DNA from: a virus
Taxonomy: Duplodnaviria; Heunggongvirae; Uroviricota; Caudoviricetes
Strand: one strand, 5' to 3'
Length of the DNA stretch: 39,214 bases
IMG/VR virus record: IMGVR_UViG_2541047122_000029
The notes under the pieces: generated by a model
The model's input: the letters and a program-made list of their open reading frames with translations, nothing else
Told to the model about the DNA's origin: nothing
The model's database searches: none
In this document: one piece after another, positions 1 through 9,162 of the stretch
Position numbering within the stretch: position 1 is the stretch's first letter
Layout: every line of letters begins with the position of its first letter
Made by a program: the position numbers and the translations under genes

Positions 1-190
1 AAAGATACCTCTTGGTGCTTTTCTAAGGAAAGGTTTCTTTCTATTTATCCAATTGAAAAGTAAGGACAAAAGCAAAAATTAGCCAAAATACCAAAAATAC
101 CTTGATTTGGTATTTTTAGTGATGCATTATTTACCCGTGCAGATATCCGCACGAATATCCGCGCGGGTAACTTTTTAGAATAGAGGAAGT
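1..190. promoter_or_regulatory. Early operator/promoter region upstream of ner (repressor-ner intergenic region, cut by window edge)
   Basis: AT-rich non-coding stretch. Inverted repeat AAAAATACC (93-101) / GGTATTTTT (109-117). TTACCCG (131-137) / CGGGTAA (164-170) flank two direct ATATCCGC copies (143-150, 155-162). RBS AGAGGAAG at 181-188 before ATG 191. Confidence 0.6.
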
Positions 191-439
191 ATGAGTAGAA
201 GAGAAGTTTCAGATCACGATTGGCCGCCTGAAATCATCAAGGCGCGCTTACACATGGCTGGCTTATCACTGCGCTCTTTATCTTTAAAGGCTGGTTACAG
301 CAGGGATTCGCTGAAAAGCGTATTACGTACTCCTTGCCGACCGTATCAGCAAATAATTGCTGATGCTCTTGGGGTATCGCCTGAAGAAATCTGGCCCAGT
401 CGATACCAGGTTAAGAGCTATATGAGAAAGGCGTCATGA
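191..439 (+). CDS. ner: Ner-like DNA-binding early regulator
   Basis: 82-aa ORF with predicted HTH; C-terminal ...IIADALGVSPEEIWPSRYQ resembles Mu Ner; sits immediately upstream of the transposase as in Mu. Confidence 0.85.
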   Translation: MSRREVSDHDWPPEIIKARLHMAGLSLRSLSLKAGYSRDSLKSVLRTPCRPYQQIIADALGVSPEEIWPSRYQVKSYMRKAS

Positions 440-440
440 T

Positions 441-2531
441 ATGTATGTCATTGCAAAAGAACTGATTGGCGCGCCCGGAATGCCTGCTACAACAAAAGGT
501 ATTCGCCAGGCATTACAACGTTACGTACAAGGGAAAAGCTGTTGTTCCCGTCGTCGCTCAGGCTCTAAAGCAACTGAATACAGCATCGACTGTTTACCTG
601 AAGTGACGCAGCAGGCATTACGTGAACGCTACGCCCTGCAACTGATGACGCAAAAAGTCGATGAATCACCGGCTCCGGTGGTGACAAAGGCCAGACGCTC
701 GCCTGCCGTGGTTGATGCGGTGGAGGCATATCGCGGATCACCACAACTGATGGTCGAACGCCTTAATGCCCTGACTGAAAACCAGCGCCAGGTGGCTGAT
801 GCACGAATCGCGATCGTCAGCGAAGTTCTGAAAGTCGCGCAACAACCTGGTTTCAGCTGTGCGAAGGCTATCCGGTTTATCGTTGACAACCTGGCACGTT
901 CGCAGCTGGACGAGCGCATTGTGGCAATGGTTGAGACGGCGAACGCCAAAAAGGGAAACAGCCGCGCGTTAAGTGAAATCACGCTGAAACGCTGGATTGC
1001 GGCCTTTAACAAGGCGCAGAACGCCGCTGAACGCCTGCTTTTACTGGCACCGGGTAAGCGCCAGGAAATAAAAGCCGAAGATATTAACTGGCTGCCCGAA
1101 TTTCTGGCGCAGTATCGCCAGTCAAACGGCCGACCAATGACCGAGGCTTACGAGGATTTTGTCGCTGAATGGCAGCACCGGCACGCTGATGAGCCTTATA
1201 TGCTCGATATCATGCCGTCTTATGACACCATTCGCCGCGCAATGAAGAAACTGCCGGAAGTGGTGAAACAAAAAGGCCGGGTGACCGGCAGTGAATACCG
1301 CCAGCTTGAGGGATTCACGCGCCGCGACTGGTCAAAAATGCCGGTGAATTATGTCTGGATTGGTGACGGTCACGGCATGAAGCTGAAATGCGCACACCCG
1401 GTTCACGGTCGGCCATTTGCACCGGAAGTGACCTTTGTTATCGACGGTGGCACGCGCTTTGTGGTGGGCTGGAGCCTTGACCTGGCTGAAAATGTTTTCG
1501 CCGTAGCCGGTGCCATACAGCACGGCATTCGCCATCACGGCAAACCGTTTCTGTATTACTCGGATAACGGCTCCGGGGAAACCGCCGACATCCTGGATAA
1601 GGAGGTTGTGGGGATACTGCCGCGACTGGGGATTAATCACCCGACCGGGATTGCCGGTAACCCGCAGGGACGGGGCATTATCGAACGGCTTAACCGCACA
1701 TTACCGATGCGCATAGCCCGTAAATACCGCACCTATTTCGGGAAAGGTGCAGATCGCGAGACGTTACGCAAAACCAACCGCGATTTACGCTCGGCATTTA
1801 CCGCCCTGCAACAGGGCAAACGGCTGAACGCCCGGCAACAGTCAGCGATGCGTGATTTACCGTCCTGGGCTGAACTGATTGATGCCATTCGTGATGGTGT
1901 TGAGTGGTACAACAACCGGCCGCACGATGAATTACCGGTGAAGCCGAACGGCAAGCATTACAGCCCGGCGGAGTTCAGAAAAAAACGCCTGGCGGAAGAG
2001 GACACGGAAATTGAATGGCTGTCCGATGTTGAGCTGCGGGATATGTTCCGGCCGATGGTGGAACGCCCTGTAAGACGCTGTGAAATACGCTGGCTGAATA
2101 ATATTTACTACGCGCCCGAGCTGCGTGACGAGCATGGCCGTAAGGTGCTTATCAGCTATGACATTCATGATGCCGAACGAATTACCGTACGTCGCCTGGA
2201 TGGCAGCGTGATTTGCGAGGCGGTATGGGACGGTAATAAACGCGAAGCCTTCCCGGTTAGCGCGGAATACTACAAACAGCAGCAACGCCTTAAAGGCATG
2301 CGTAAACGCGCAGAGGAAAAAATCCGTGATGCCGAGGATGAGGTTGTCAACGTGCTGGAGCACAAGCCGCAGGAGCCCTGGCTGGAAAACATATACCGCC
2401 CTGTGGGTAATACGGTGACCGTTCAGCAACCGGTCGCTGACGATGAACCTGATGAAGAATACGAGCGTAATTTCCAGCGGGGATTGCAGTTGCTGGAAGC
2501 GAAATTAAAAGAAAATGACCCGCTGGCCTGA
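441..2531 (+). CDS. A: Mu-type DDE transposase A
   Basis: 696 aa, similar in length and sequence to MuA as I recall it (central catalytic region, acidic C-terminus ...DDEPDEEYERNF); ATG 441 directly follows ner stop. Confidence 0.93.
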   Translation: MYVIAKELIGAPGMPATTKGIRQALQRYVQGKSCCSRRRSGSKATEYSIDCLPEVTQQALRERYALQLMTQKVDESPAPVVTKARRSPAVVDAVEAYRGSPQLMVERLNALTENQRQVADARIAIVSEVLKVAQQPGFSCAKAIRFIVDNLARSQLDERIVAMVETANAKKGNSRALSEITLKRWIAAFNKAQNAAERLLLLAPGKRQEIKAEDINWLPEFLAQYRQSNGRPMTEAYEDFVAEWQHRHADEPYMLDIMPSYDTIRRAMKKLPEVVKQKGRVTGSEYRQLEGFTRRDWSKMPVNYVWIGDGHGMKLKCAHPVHGRPFAPEVTFVIDGGTRFVVGWSLDLAENVFAVAGAIQHGIRHHGKPFLYYSDNGSGETADILDKEVVGILPRLGINHPTGIAGNPQGRGIIERLNRTLPMRIARKYRTYFGKGADRETLRKTNRDLRSAFTALQQGKRLNARQQSAMRDLPSWAELIDAIRDGVEWYNNRPHDELPVKPNGKHYSPAEFRKKRLAEEDTEIEWLSDVELRDMFRPMVERPVRRCEIRWLNNIYYAPELRDEHGRKVLISYDIHDAERITVRRLDGSVICEAVWDGNKREAFPVSAEYYKQQQRLKGMRKRAEEKIRDAEDEVVNVLEHKPQEPWLENIYRPVGNTVTVQQPVADDEPDEEYERNFQRGLQLLEAKLKENDPLA

Positions 2532-2602
2532 AATAAAAAAATAACCCGAGCGGCGACTCAGGTTATTTGATTAAACAAGGTATCAAATGAGAGGTTAATA
2601 AT

Positions 2603-3535
2603 ATGACTGATATTAACGATGTAATCAAGACCATTGATGAACTTATTGATGGCGGCGTACTGACACAGTATGCCATCGCCAGAGAGGCGGGAATTTCCGA
2701 CGGCACATTATCGGCTTTCCGTAAGGGAAAATATAAAGGCGATAACGCTGCTGTGGCTGCTTCCCTGCGTTCCTGGTATGAGAACTGGAATAAACAAAGC
2801 GCACTGCCGGAACCGCCGCAGTTTGTGGAAACGCAGACAGTCCAGGAGCTGCGCACACTGTTTCAGGCGGTTCGTCTGATGGGCTGTATTAACGTTATTG
2901 TGGGCGTACCGGGTGTGGGTAAAACGGCCACTGCCCGTAATTACTGCCAGGAGCAACCAAACACCTGGATGATCACCCTGTCACCCGCGCACTCCAGCGT
3001 CACGGAGTGTCTGCTGGAGCTGGCCGATGCGCTGGGGATTGATTACACCCGCGCGAACAAAGGGGCATTATCCCGCGCCATCCGCCGTCGCCTGATGGGA
3101 ACGCGTGGACTGGTGATTGTGGATGAGGCGGATCATCTTGGTATTGACGGTCTGGAGCAACTCCGGGCAATTCAGGACGCCACGGGGATCGGGATGGTGC
3201 TTATTGGTAACCCGCGCGGATTGTTTAAAGGTGGACGCCGCGCCTTTGATGATTTATCGCGCCTGTTCAGCCGTCTTGCCCGTACAAAACAACTTCGCAA
3301 GGCCAAAAAGGCGGATGTGCTGGCCATTGCCAGGGCGTGGGGGATCAGTGGTGAGGCCGAGCTGGCCGTCATGCAGGCTATCGCTGAAAAGCCGGGAGCG
3401 TTACGCGTTCTGACACATACGCTTAACCAGGCGTGGCTCACCGCCAGCGGTGAAGGTGCGGCGCTGACAGAAAAACATATTAATGCGGCCTTTAAAGAGG
3501 TTTATACCAACCCTGAATTACTCTCACAGGTGTGA
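2603..3535 (+). CDS. B: Mu B-like transposition ATPase / target DNA activator
   Basis: 310 aa; N-terminal HTH, Walker A GVPGVGKT, IVDEADHL Walker B-like motif, conserved LPEPPQFVETQTV; matches Mu B organisation. Confidence 0.9.
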   Translation: MTDINDVIKTIDELIDGGVLTQYAIAREAGISDGTLSAFRKGKYKGDNAAVAASLRSWYENWNKQSALPEPPQFVETQTVQELRTLFQAVRLMGCINVIVGVPGVGKTATARNYCQEQPNTWMITLSPAHSSVTECLLELADALGIDYTRANKGALSRAIRRRLMGTRGLVIVDEADHLGIDGLEQLRAIQDATGIGMVLIGNPRGLFKGGRRAFDDLSRLFSRLARTKQLRKAKKADVLAIARAWGISGEAELAVMQAIAEKPGALRVLTHTLNQAWLTASGEGAALTEKHINAAFKEVYTNPELLSQV

Positions 3536-3537
3536 TT

Positions 3538-3759
3538 ATGGCGGTATTTTATATTCCTGATATTTACGGACGCTTTTACCTGGTTAATTTCGATAACGTG
3601 AAGGTGATTTCACTGGCCGAAAATAAAGAATGTGGCGATTTACTTTTTGAATTTAATGACCGCACACGAATGGTGATATCTGCCGGACTTGATCGCGAAG
3701 GTGCGACAGAAGTTTACAGCGGAATATGCCGTTCTGTTGGTGCGAAACAAGTCAGCTAA
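3538..3759 (+). CDS. Hypothetical early protein
   Basis: Track ORF 3532-3759 starts at GTG; first ATG is at 3538. Tightly packed after B. Confidence 0.5.
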   Translation: MAVFYIPDIYGRFYLVNFDNVKVISLAENKECGDLLFEFNDRTRMVISAGLDREGATEVYSGICRSVGAKQVS

Positions 3760-4026
3760 ATGAGGTGTTATATGAATATGCAATCCTGCGGTAACAAAAT
3801 GAATTTATTCGACTCCCTGAACAGCGCGCGCCGTCTGACCGAACTTGCCGGTGCGGTACTGGAACGCAGTAAGCGCTATCCGCAACGTTTTGCACTGAAA
3901 ACCACGCCGCCGGTAGGCAACGTGCAGGGAACCGGTGAAATTGAAATCACCATACAGACCAACGGCCTGCGCCGCCGTGTGAAGGCCACCCGCATCAGCG
4001 GCTGCACGGTTTACTGGGAGGTGTGA
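3760..4026 (+). CDS. Hypothetical early protein
   Basis: 88-aa ORF. An internal ATG at 3772 preceded by GAGGTG may be the true start. Confidence 0.5.
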   Translation: MRCYMNMQSCGNKMNLFDSLNSARRLTELAGAVLERSKRYPQRFALKTTPPVGNVQGTGEIEITIQTNGLRRRVKATRISGCTVYWEV

Positions 4027-4027
4027 G

Positions 4028-4309
4028 GTGAAAAAAAATCTCATTGCATGGGCGTGGTCGAGTGGTCTTATTGAGTTTGGTTACGTCCTGCCGGAAGGTG
4101 CATTGCCGATAGTTGCCGGAAAGCCTGCCACGGTACGGCATGTGATTGAGGTTATGGCGCGTCATGGACGTGATGAACAGGAGCAGTTACTGGTTCCGGG
4201 GATACCGGAAGCGGTGACGGAGGAAGAAGCCTTTAATGCCATGATTCGGTTCTGCCGTGAGGTCAGACGCCGGGTCAGTTATCCAAACAGAACGAGGACC
4301 AGAGGATGA
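4028..4309 (+). CDS. Hypothetical early protein
   Basis: 93-aa ORF, GTG start preceded by GGAGGTG; contiguous with neighbours. Confidence 0.5.
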   Translation: MKKNLIAWAWSSGLIEFGYVLPEGALPIVAGKPATVRHVIEVMARHGRDEQEQLLVPGIPEAVTEEEAFNAMIRFCREVRRRVSYPNRTRTRG

Positions 4310-4578
4310 GTAAAGTCGTACGCATTATTTTCGAATACAAGGAGCACGTTATCCATAAAAACGCGGATGGAACAGTGCGCATGGGGATAAGTCTGGACAT
4401 ACGTTCAACCGGGATAAAGCAGAAAGGTGATGGACCTGCCATGATTTTTGGGGTGGTTATGCTCGCGGAAAGCAGAGACTTTGCTGAACTTGTGGCAATG
4501 AAAGCCAGTGCGCTCATGAAAGATATGAGCATGCGTTCCGGGGTTATTAAAGGTAATGAATTTAATCAGCAGGGGTAA
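4306..4578 (+). CDS. Hypothetical early protein (paralog 1 of tandem pair)
   Basis: 90 aa; N-terminus MSKVVRIIFEYKEH... is paralogous to the next gene. Confidence 0.55.
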   Translation: MSKVVRIIFEYKEHVIHKNADGTVRMGISLDIRSTGIKQKGDGPAMIFGVVMLAESRDFAELVAMKASALMKDMSMRSGVIKGNEFNQQG

Positions 4579-4582
4579 TTCC

Positions 4583-4876
4583 ATGAGCAAAGTACGCGTT
4601 ATTTTTGAATTTAAGCATGTTTCGCATGACGAAAAACCGGCAGGCAATGACTGTGTTGAAGTGCATGAAAAGATTGGTGTGGATGTAAAAACAGAACGTG
4701 ATACGAATAACAGGCCGACGTCACTCTGTGACGTTTATGTAAGTATTCTCCAGTATCACAGTCCTGAAATTATTCAGTTTCTCTCAGCGGAATTTCAGGC
4801 ATCTGTACAGGCTTTTGGGGCGGATGCCATCATTAAACGCCACCGCGTGCATAAAGCATCAGGCACACTGCAATAA
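4583..4876 (+). CDS. Hypothetical early protein (paralog 2 of tandem pair)
   Basis: Internal ATG of track ORF 4556-4876 gives MSKVRVIFEFKH..., matching the start of the previous gene. Confidence 0.55.
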   Translation: MSKVRVIFEFKHVSHDEKPAGNDCVEVHEKIGVDVKTERDTNNRPTSLCDVYVSILQYHSPEIIQFLSAEFQASVQAFGADAIIKRHRVHKASGTLQ

Positions 4877-4887
4877 GGAAAAACAAA

Positions 4888-5418
4888 ATGGCAAAACGCG
4901 TTACAAAATTAAAGGCCGCAGCCGAGGCTGCACCGCAGACCCGCGAAGAGGTCAGCCGCGATATCCGCACCCTGGGCGATATTCAGCGAGAGGCGCTGCG
5001 GCTGGAAACGGCGATGAATGATGAAGTGGCAGAAATCACCGCCCGTTATACGCCGCAAATTGAAAACCTTAAAAAAGAAATCAAAGTGCTTTTTAAGGGG
5101 ATTCAGGACTGGTGCAAAACCAACCGAGATGAGCTGACGAACGGCGGCAAAACAAAAACTGCCAATCTGACCACCGGCACGGTGTCATGGCGGCTGGGAA
5201 ATCCATCATGCAGCGTCAGCCGTGATGTGGAAGGCGTGATTGAAATGCTGCGCCTTATGGGGCTTGAGCGATTCATCCGCACGAAAGAGGAAGTGAACAA
5301 GGAAGCCGTCCTGGCGGAGCCGGATGCGGTGAAAGGCATTGCCGGTATAAAGGTGAATAAAGGCGCTGAAAGTTTTTATGTCGAGCCTTTTGAACAGGAC
5401 GCCGGACTGAATAAATAA
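4888..5418 (+). CDS. gam: Gam-like host-nuclease inhibitor (DNA-end binding protein)
   Basis: 176 aa; ...RLETAMNDEVAEI..., ...NRDELTNGGKTKTANLTTGTVSWR..., ...FIRTKEEVNKEA... match Mu Gam as I recall it. Confidence 0.85.
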   Translation: MAKRVTKLKAAAEAAPQTREEVSRDIRTLGDIQREALRLETAMNDEVAEITARYTPQIENLKKEIKVLFKGIQDWCKTNRDELTNGGKTKTANLTTGTVSWRLGNPSCSVSRDVEGVIEMLRLMGLERFIRTKEEVNKEAVLAEPDAVKGIAGIKVNKGAESFYVEPFEQDAGLNK

Positions 5419-5515
5419 CACCACATTAAATCTTTAAATATCACATCGTTTTAATTATGGCGCTCGCGTCAGGGGACTGCCTGCGCCTGAAAGCTGAAAA
5501 TAAGGAATCGGAAAC

Positions 5516-6058
5516 ATGGCATATTTTTATTTCAAATTAGACATAGTGTACACAAATAAATATTTAACCGAATATCAGCGGGATGTTTTACCGCTACGCA
5601 ACAGTATTCTTCGGGCATTACTGAAAAATACAGGCGCTGCCGGATTGCGCTTAAAGCCGTTCGCCATGGACGTAATCAGTGAGTTTTATTTTTCTGGTTC
5701 TCTGCCTGCGGGCTGGCGTAAGCGCGATGATGTGGCTTTTATCGGGGGCGGACCGTGCTTTATTGCCAGACCTGATGAGTCATGCCCTGAAGGTCCGGCG
5801 ATTGCCGCAATGGTTGAAGCCGCTGAACGCGAGTTAAGAAAGCGTCCTGATTTCCTTGTCTGGCTCTGTGAAAAGCTGGGGGTAATGAGAATCCCCTCCA
5901 TGTTTAACACGGACTCCTGGTGGACCCCGTCACTCTCCCGTGATGCCCTGTGCGTGGTGTTTAAAGTAGGAACTTATGGCAGGGAAATAAAAGGGGGTAT
6001 TCCTGAAGAATGCCAGGAGATTAAACATTCTGAATATGTGGCGCTGACGGAGGAATAA
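5516..6058 (+). CDS. Hypothetical early protein
   Basis: 180-aa ORF after the only intergenic gap in the early operon (5419-5515); RBS TAAGGA upstream. Confidence 0.6.
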   Translation: MAYFYFKLDIVYTNKYLTEYQRDVLPLRNSILRALLKNTGAAGLRLKPFAMDVISEFYFSGSLPAGWRKRDDVAFIGGGPCFIARPDESCPEGPAIAAMVEAAERELRKRPDFLVWLCEKLGVMRIPSMFNTDSWWTPSLSRDALCVVFKVGTYGREIKGGIPEECQEIKHSEYVALTEE

Positions 6059-6061
6059 TTC

Positions 6062-6595
6062 ATGATTGATGCAAAAGTGCTTGAAGGGGTTAAAAACTGG
6101 CTGCGTATTTACGGACGTCTGACCTGCGGTATTCTGGCTGAAAAAATGAATATGCCGCCATCCTCCATGGTTTATTTTCTGCGTGATGCGGTTGATGCAG
6201 GCGTGCTGACGGAATGTAACGGTTTTTATGATATTCCGCGTCCCCGCCCGGTGCAGCCGGTTCGTCGCAAATGCAGCCAGGAGTCTGCGGCTGATGATGT
6301 TCAGTGGTGCAGCTTCAGAAAATCCCTGCCGTGGATTGAAGGGCATGATATTCCGTCGATGGCGTGGGAATTTGCTCAGGGCGTGCTGACCTGTGAAACC
6401 GTTTATGTGGTGGCTGAAGTTGATGAGCAGGCCATGAAAGAAGGCGTGCCCCAGTTTGTGATGTCGTATATCGACATCCGCCTGGGCGTCATTATCTGCG
6501 GTTTAAGCGGCTGGAATATCACCTCGCGCGTTCTGCGTTACCTGATTGTTGACCGGACGGCCGCGCCTGCCGGGATATCAGCGGAGGTGGCGTAA
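6062..6595 (+). CDS. Hypothetical early protein
   Basis: 177-aa ORF packed 3 nt after the previous stop. Confidence 0.6.
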   Translation: MIDAKVLEGVKNWLRIYGRLTCGILAEKMNMPPSSMVYFLRDAVDAGVLTECNGFYDIPRPRPVQPVRRKCSQESAADDVQWCSFRKSLPWIEGHDIPSMAWEFAQGVLTCETVYVVAEVDEQAMKEGVPQFVMSYIDIRLGVIICGLSGWNITSRVLRYLIVDRTAAPAGISAEVA

Positions 6596-7110
6596 TGTTC
6601 TTTAAAACATCAAACCCTTCCGCGCTGGCTGCGTGGCAAAAATACCAGCAGGACTGCCAGACGGTAAAAGATGAGGCGAAACGCCTTGAGGCCGTGCTGA
6701 ATGTTGCGTGCCGGTCGGTATTTGAATTCAGTATCAGTGGTTTTTGTTTTAAGGGACTGCGTTTTACGGAGGACAAATATCCTTTTCATCGTGATTTATG
6801 GCGAAAACCAACTGCGTCGAATGGCTGGAGCTGCACACCGCGCACATCACGTATTCCCAAAGCCCTGCGCGTTGCCTCTGACGAACTTAACAGTCTGTGG
6901 CGTGAATATTCGCCCGTCACGTATGCCAGAACCGATGCACTGTTGTTCTGGCTGGGCATTGATTTCTCGGCAATCCTGTTTGGCCCTGTGGAGTGGTTCT
7001 GCGTTGACGATGTGATTTACCTTCAGTGCGGCGTAAAACCCGCAAAACAGAAAATGACCGAAATTCTGTCTGATGAGTTTTATGCTGCTGAAAAGCGAGT
7101 CAGGGGGTGA
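6595..7110 (+). CDS. Hypothetical early protein
   Basis: 171-aa ORF; start overlaps previous stop (TAATG). Confidence 0.6.
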   Translation: MFFKTSNPSALAAWQKYQQDCQTVKDEAKRLEAVLNVACRSVFEFSISGFCFKGLRFTEDKYPFHRDLWRKPTASNGWSCTPRTSRIPKALRVASDELNSLWREYSPVTYARTDALLFWLGIDFSAILFGPVEWFCVDDVIYLQCGVKPAKQKMTEILSDEFYAAEKRVRG

Positions 7111-7113
7111 TGC

Positions 7114-7665
7114 ATGATGATATTACAACCCATGGGGAGAAAAGGCCGTGCACCCGCTCATGTTCGCGCATGGACACCTGAAGAAGATGCGCTGCTGATT
7201 GCGCTTTATCCATCCACCCCGGTTAAGGATATTGCTGTCAGGATAAAAAGAAGTTTCTGGGGTGTACATAACCGGATTGTTTTATTACGCGGTACTTACC
7301 CGGAGTTGCTCAAATGCAAACGCCTCAGATTTAAACCTGATGAAGATAAATTTATCCGAAAAAATGCCAGAACAATGACCGGTAAGCAAATAGGAGAATA
7401 TCTGGGGCGAGACCGGGATTCTGTCCACAATCGGGCGCGATATATTGGCGTAAGCATGAAAAAATACGGAGAGTTGCTGCCCTTCACCCGCATACCTGAC
7501 GATGATGTTCGTCTTATTCGTGAATTACGGGATGCTGAATCACCACGGCGTCTTACCTTTAGGGAAATCGGCGAGAAATTTGAATTATCCGAGGGCACGG
7601 TGAGTTTTATTTATCACCGTCGTCGGACTGCCGAAGATGTTGTATTACGGGAATTAATGCCATGA
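7114..7665 (+). CDS. Hypothetical protein with three tandem HTH-like repeats (putative DNA-binding)
   Basis: 183 aa; three repeats of about 45 aa (WTPEEDALLIALYP.., KPDEDKFIRKNARTMTGKQIGEYLG.., DDDVRLIRELRD..LTFREIGEKFELSEGTV); RBS GGGGGTGA upstream. Confidence 0.6.
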   Translation: MMILQPMGRKGRAPAHVRAWTPEEDALLIALYPSTPVKDIAVRIKRSFWGVHNRIVLLRGTYPELLKCKRLRFKPDEDKFIRKNARTMTGKQIGEYLGRDRDSVHNRARYIGVSMKKYGELLPFTRIPDDDVRLIRELRDAESPRRLTFREIGEKFELSEGTVSFIYHRRRTAEDVVLRELMP

Positions 7666-7973
7666 TAACGACATTATTTGTTGAATCAGATGAACCCCTT
7701 GTGTGTGCCGTCGGAATGCCGGTCTGTGGCGGAACGCTGACCGGTGTTTATTTCGGGGATTTGCGCGGTTATCCCTGGCATTCACTGAATGATGCTTTCC
7801 CGCCTGATATGGAGGCTGTCGTGCTGATTGTTCAGTATGGTGACCAACAGGAACTGCGCATCGGCCATATGGGGTATGAAGGCTTTTTTATTGATGAAGA
7901 AACCGGAGCCTGCCTTGAAGATGAGGACGGACAGGTGACGCACTGGTGCCATATTTCAGCTTTACCGGAATGA
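7662..7973 (+). CDS. Hypothetical early protein
   Basis: 103-aa ORF overlapping the previous stop by 4 nt. Confidence 0.55.
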   Translation: MITTLFVESDEPLVCAVGMPVCGGTLTGVYFGDLRGYPWHSLNDAFPPDMEAVVLIVQYGDQQELRIGHMGYEGFFIDEETGACLEDEDGQVTHWCHISALPE

Positions 7974-8338
7974 CGGGAGGTGAATGCGTGAGAAGTTATA
8001 TTGATAATGAAAAACTGAAGACAATCAGCGACTGTCTTAGCTTGCTGGCAAAAATAAAAGAAACCATTGAAGAGATTAAATTTCAGCTTGAATACGAACC
8101 CTGTGGCGATGATACATGGCGTAACTCTGCCAGAAAAGCACTGGCTGTCTTTCAGAAACAACGCCGGACTGTTGAATACCGCCTTGCTGTATTGCGCCAG
8201 GAGGAAAAGGAAAGAAATATAAGACGTCATGAACTCGTTAATGATTTTCTTGTTCGTGAATTAAAGGAGCGTGTGCCGGAGTCGGTATTTTTTGAGTGTG
8301 AGGCTGTTGCCCGTAGCAAAGCACTGGAAACTGATTAA
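7970..8338 (+). CDS. Hypothetical early protein
   Basis: In-frame ATG at 7970 overlaps the upstream stop (ATGA); track ORF 7946-8338 begins earlier; alternative GTG 7988 after GGGAGG. Confidence 0.5.
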   Translation: MTGGECVRSYIDNEKLKTISDCLSLLAKIKETIEEIKFQLEYEPCGDDTWRNSARKALAVFQKQRRTVEYRLAVLRQEEKERNIRRHELVNDFLVRELKERVPESVFFECEAVARSKALETD

Positions 8339-8350
8339 ACAGGCAGGTGA

Positions 8351-8686
8351 ATGATGAGTATTGAATTAAGATCGTCTTATGAATATCGTAAAATTCTCAT
8401 CGCCGGAGGCATGAAACCGGAAGATGCAGAAAAAATTGTTTCTTTTATGGATAAAGAATGTGACAAACGGGATATGCCAGAAATTATTATGGATGACATG
8501 ATTCTGCATTCAGCCGTAGCGTTAAGCCCGTTATGGATTGTGCATTCTCTTGCTGAAATTGCCAAAGGCACCGATAAACAGGCAGCTGTTGCTGCCCTTC
8601 AGACGCTTAATGAAATGCGTATATCTCCACGCCCGACATTAATACATATGATTCTCTCCAGTATGGAGGATAAAGCAAATGAATAG
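8351..8686 (+). CDS. Hypothetical early protein
   Basis: 111-aa ORF; AGGTGA RBS before the start. Confidence 0.55.
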   Translation: MMSIELRSSYEYRKILIAGGMKPEDAEKIVSFMDKECDKRDMPEIIMDDMILHSAVALSPLWIVHSLAEIAKGTDKQAAVAALQTLNEMRISPRPTLIHMILSSMEDKANE

Positions 8687-8876
8687 TCTACCCGCTGGAT
8701 GGGCGCGGCCACTAATGGCCAGGAAGCATCATTTTTTTAAAACAGGCGAAAATATCAGTATATGTGGACGGTGGTTATATCTGGCTCATAATCGCGAGCC
8801 GGATACATTTGAAAGCCCTGATGACTGTGCCGAATGCCGCAGAAGAGTGAATAAGGAGAAAGATAATGGACAATAG
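8679..8876 (+). CDS. Hypothetical small Cys-containing protein (possible zinc ribbon)
   Basis: 65 aa; Cys at ICGRW and CAEC; overlaps both neighbours. Confidence 0.45.
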   Translation: MNSLPAGWARPLMARKHHFFKTGENISICGRWLYLAHNREPDTFESPDDCAECRRRVNKEKDNGQ

Positions 8877-9162
8877 TTCTCTGTTGTTCTGGTGCTTATA
8901 TATCACATCCTTTTTCGGCGCATTTGTTATTACCCGGTGGTTATGTCGAAAAATCATCTGCTTTTTTGATAAAAGACATCCGGTTGAACGGGCGGCTGAT
9001 GCGCTCATTCAGCAGGCCATTGTGTTATATAGCGGTGAATTTTTCTGCCGAATAACAACCAGAGATGGCTGGCACATAATGATTATTCCACCAACACACC
9101 ATGCCCGGTGGGATGAGGCAGAAAAGGCTTTCCATGTCCGTAAAAAGGTAAATACGGTATGA
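8866..9162 (+). CDS. Hypothetical protein with N-terminal transmembrane helix
   Basis: 98 aa; hydrophobic N-terminus LLFWCLYITSFFGAFVITRWL. Confidence 0.5.
   Translation: MDNSSLLFWCLYITSFFGAFVITRWLCRKIICFFDKRHPVERAADALIQQAIVLYSGEFFCRITTRDGWHIMIIPPTHHARWDEAEKAFHVRKKVNTV

Noticed and set aside
5419-5515. Possible small RNA or hairpin in the gap before the early-gene block
   Set aside because: Only a weak, imperfect inverted repeat was seen; the gap is better explained as RBS and spacer.
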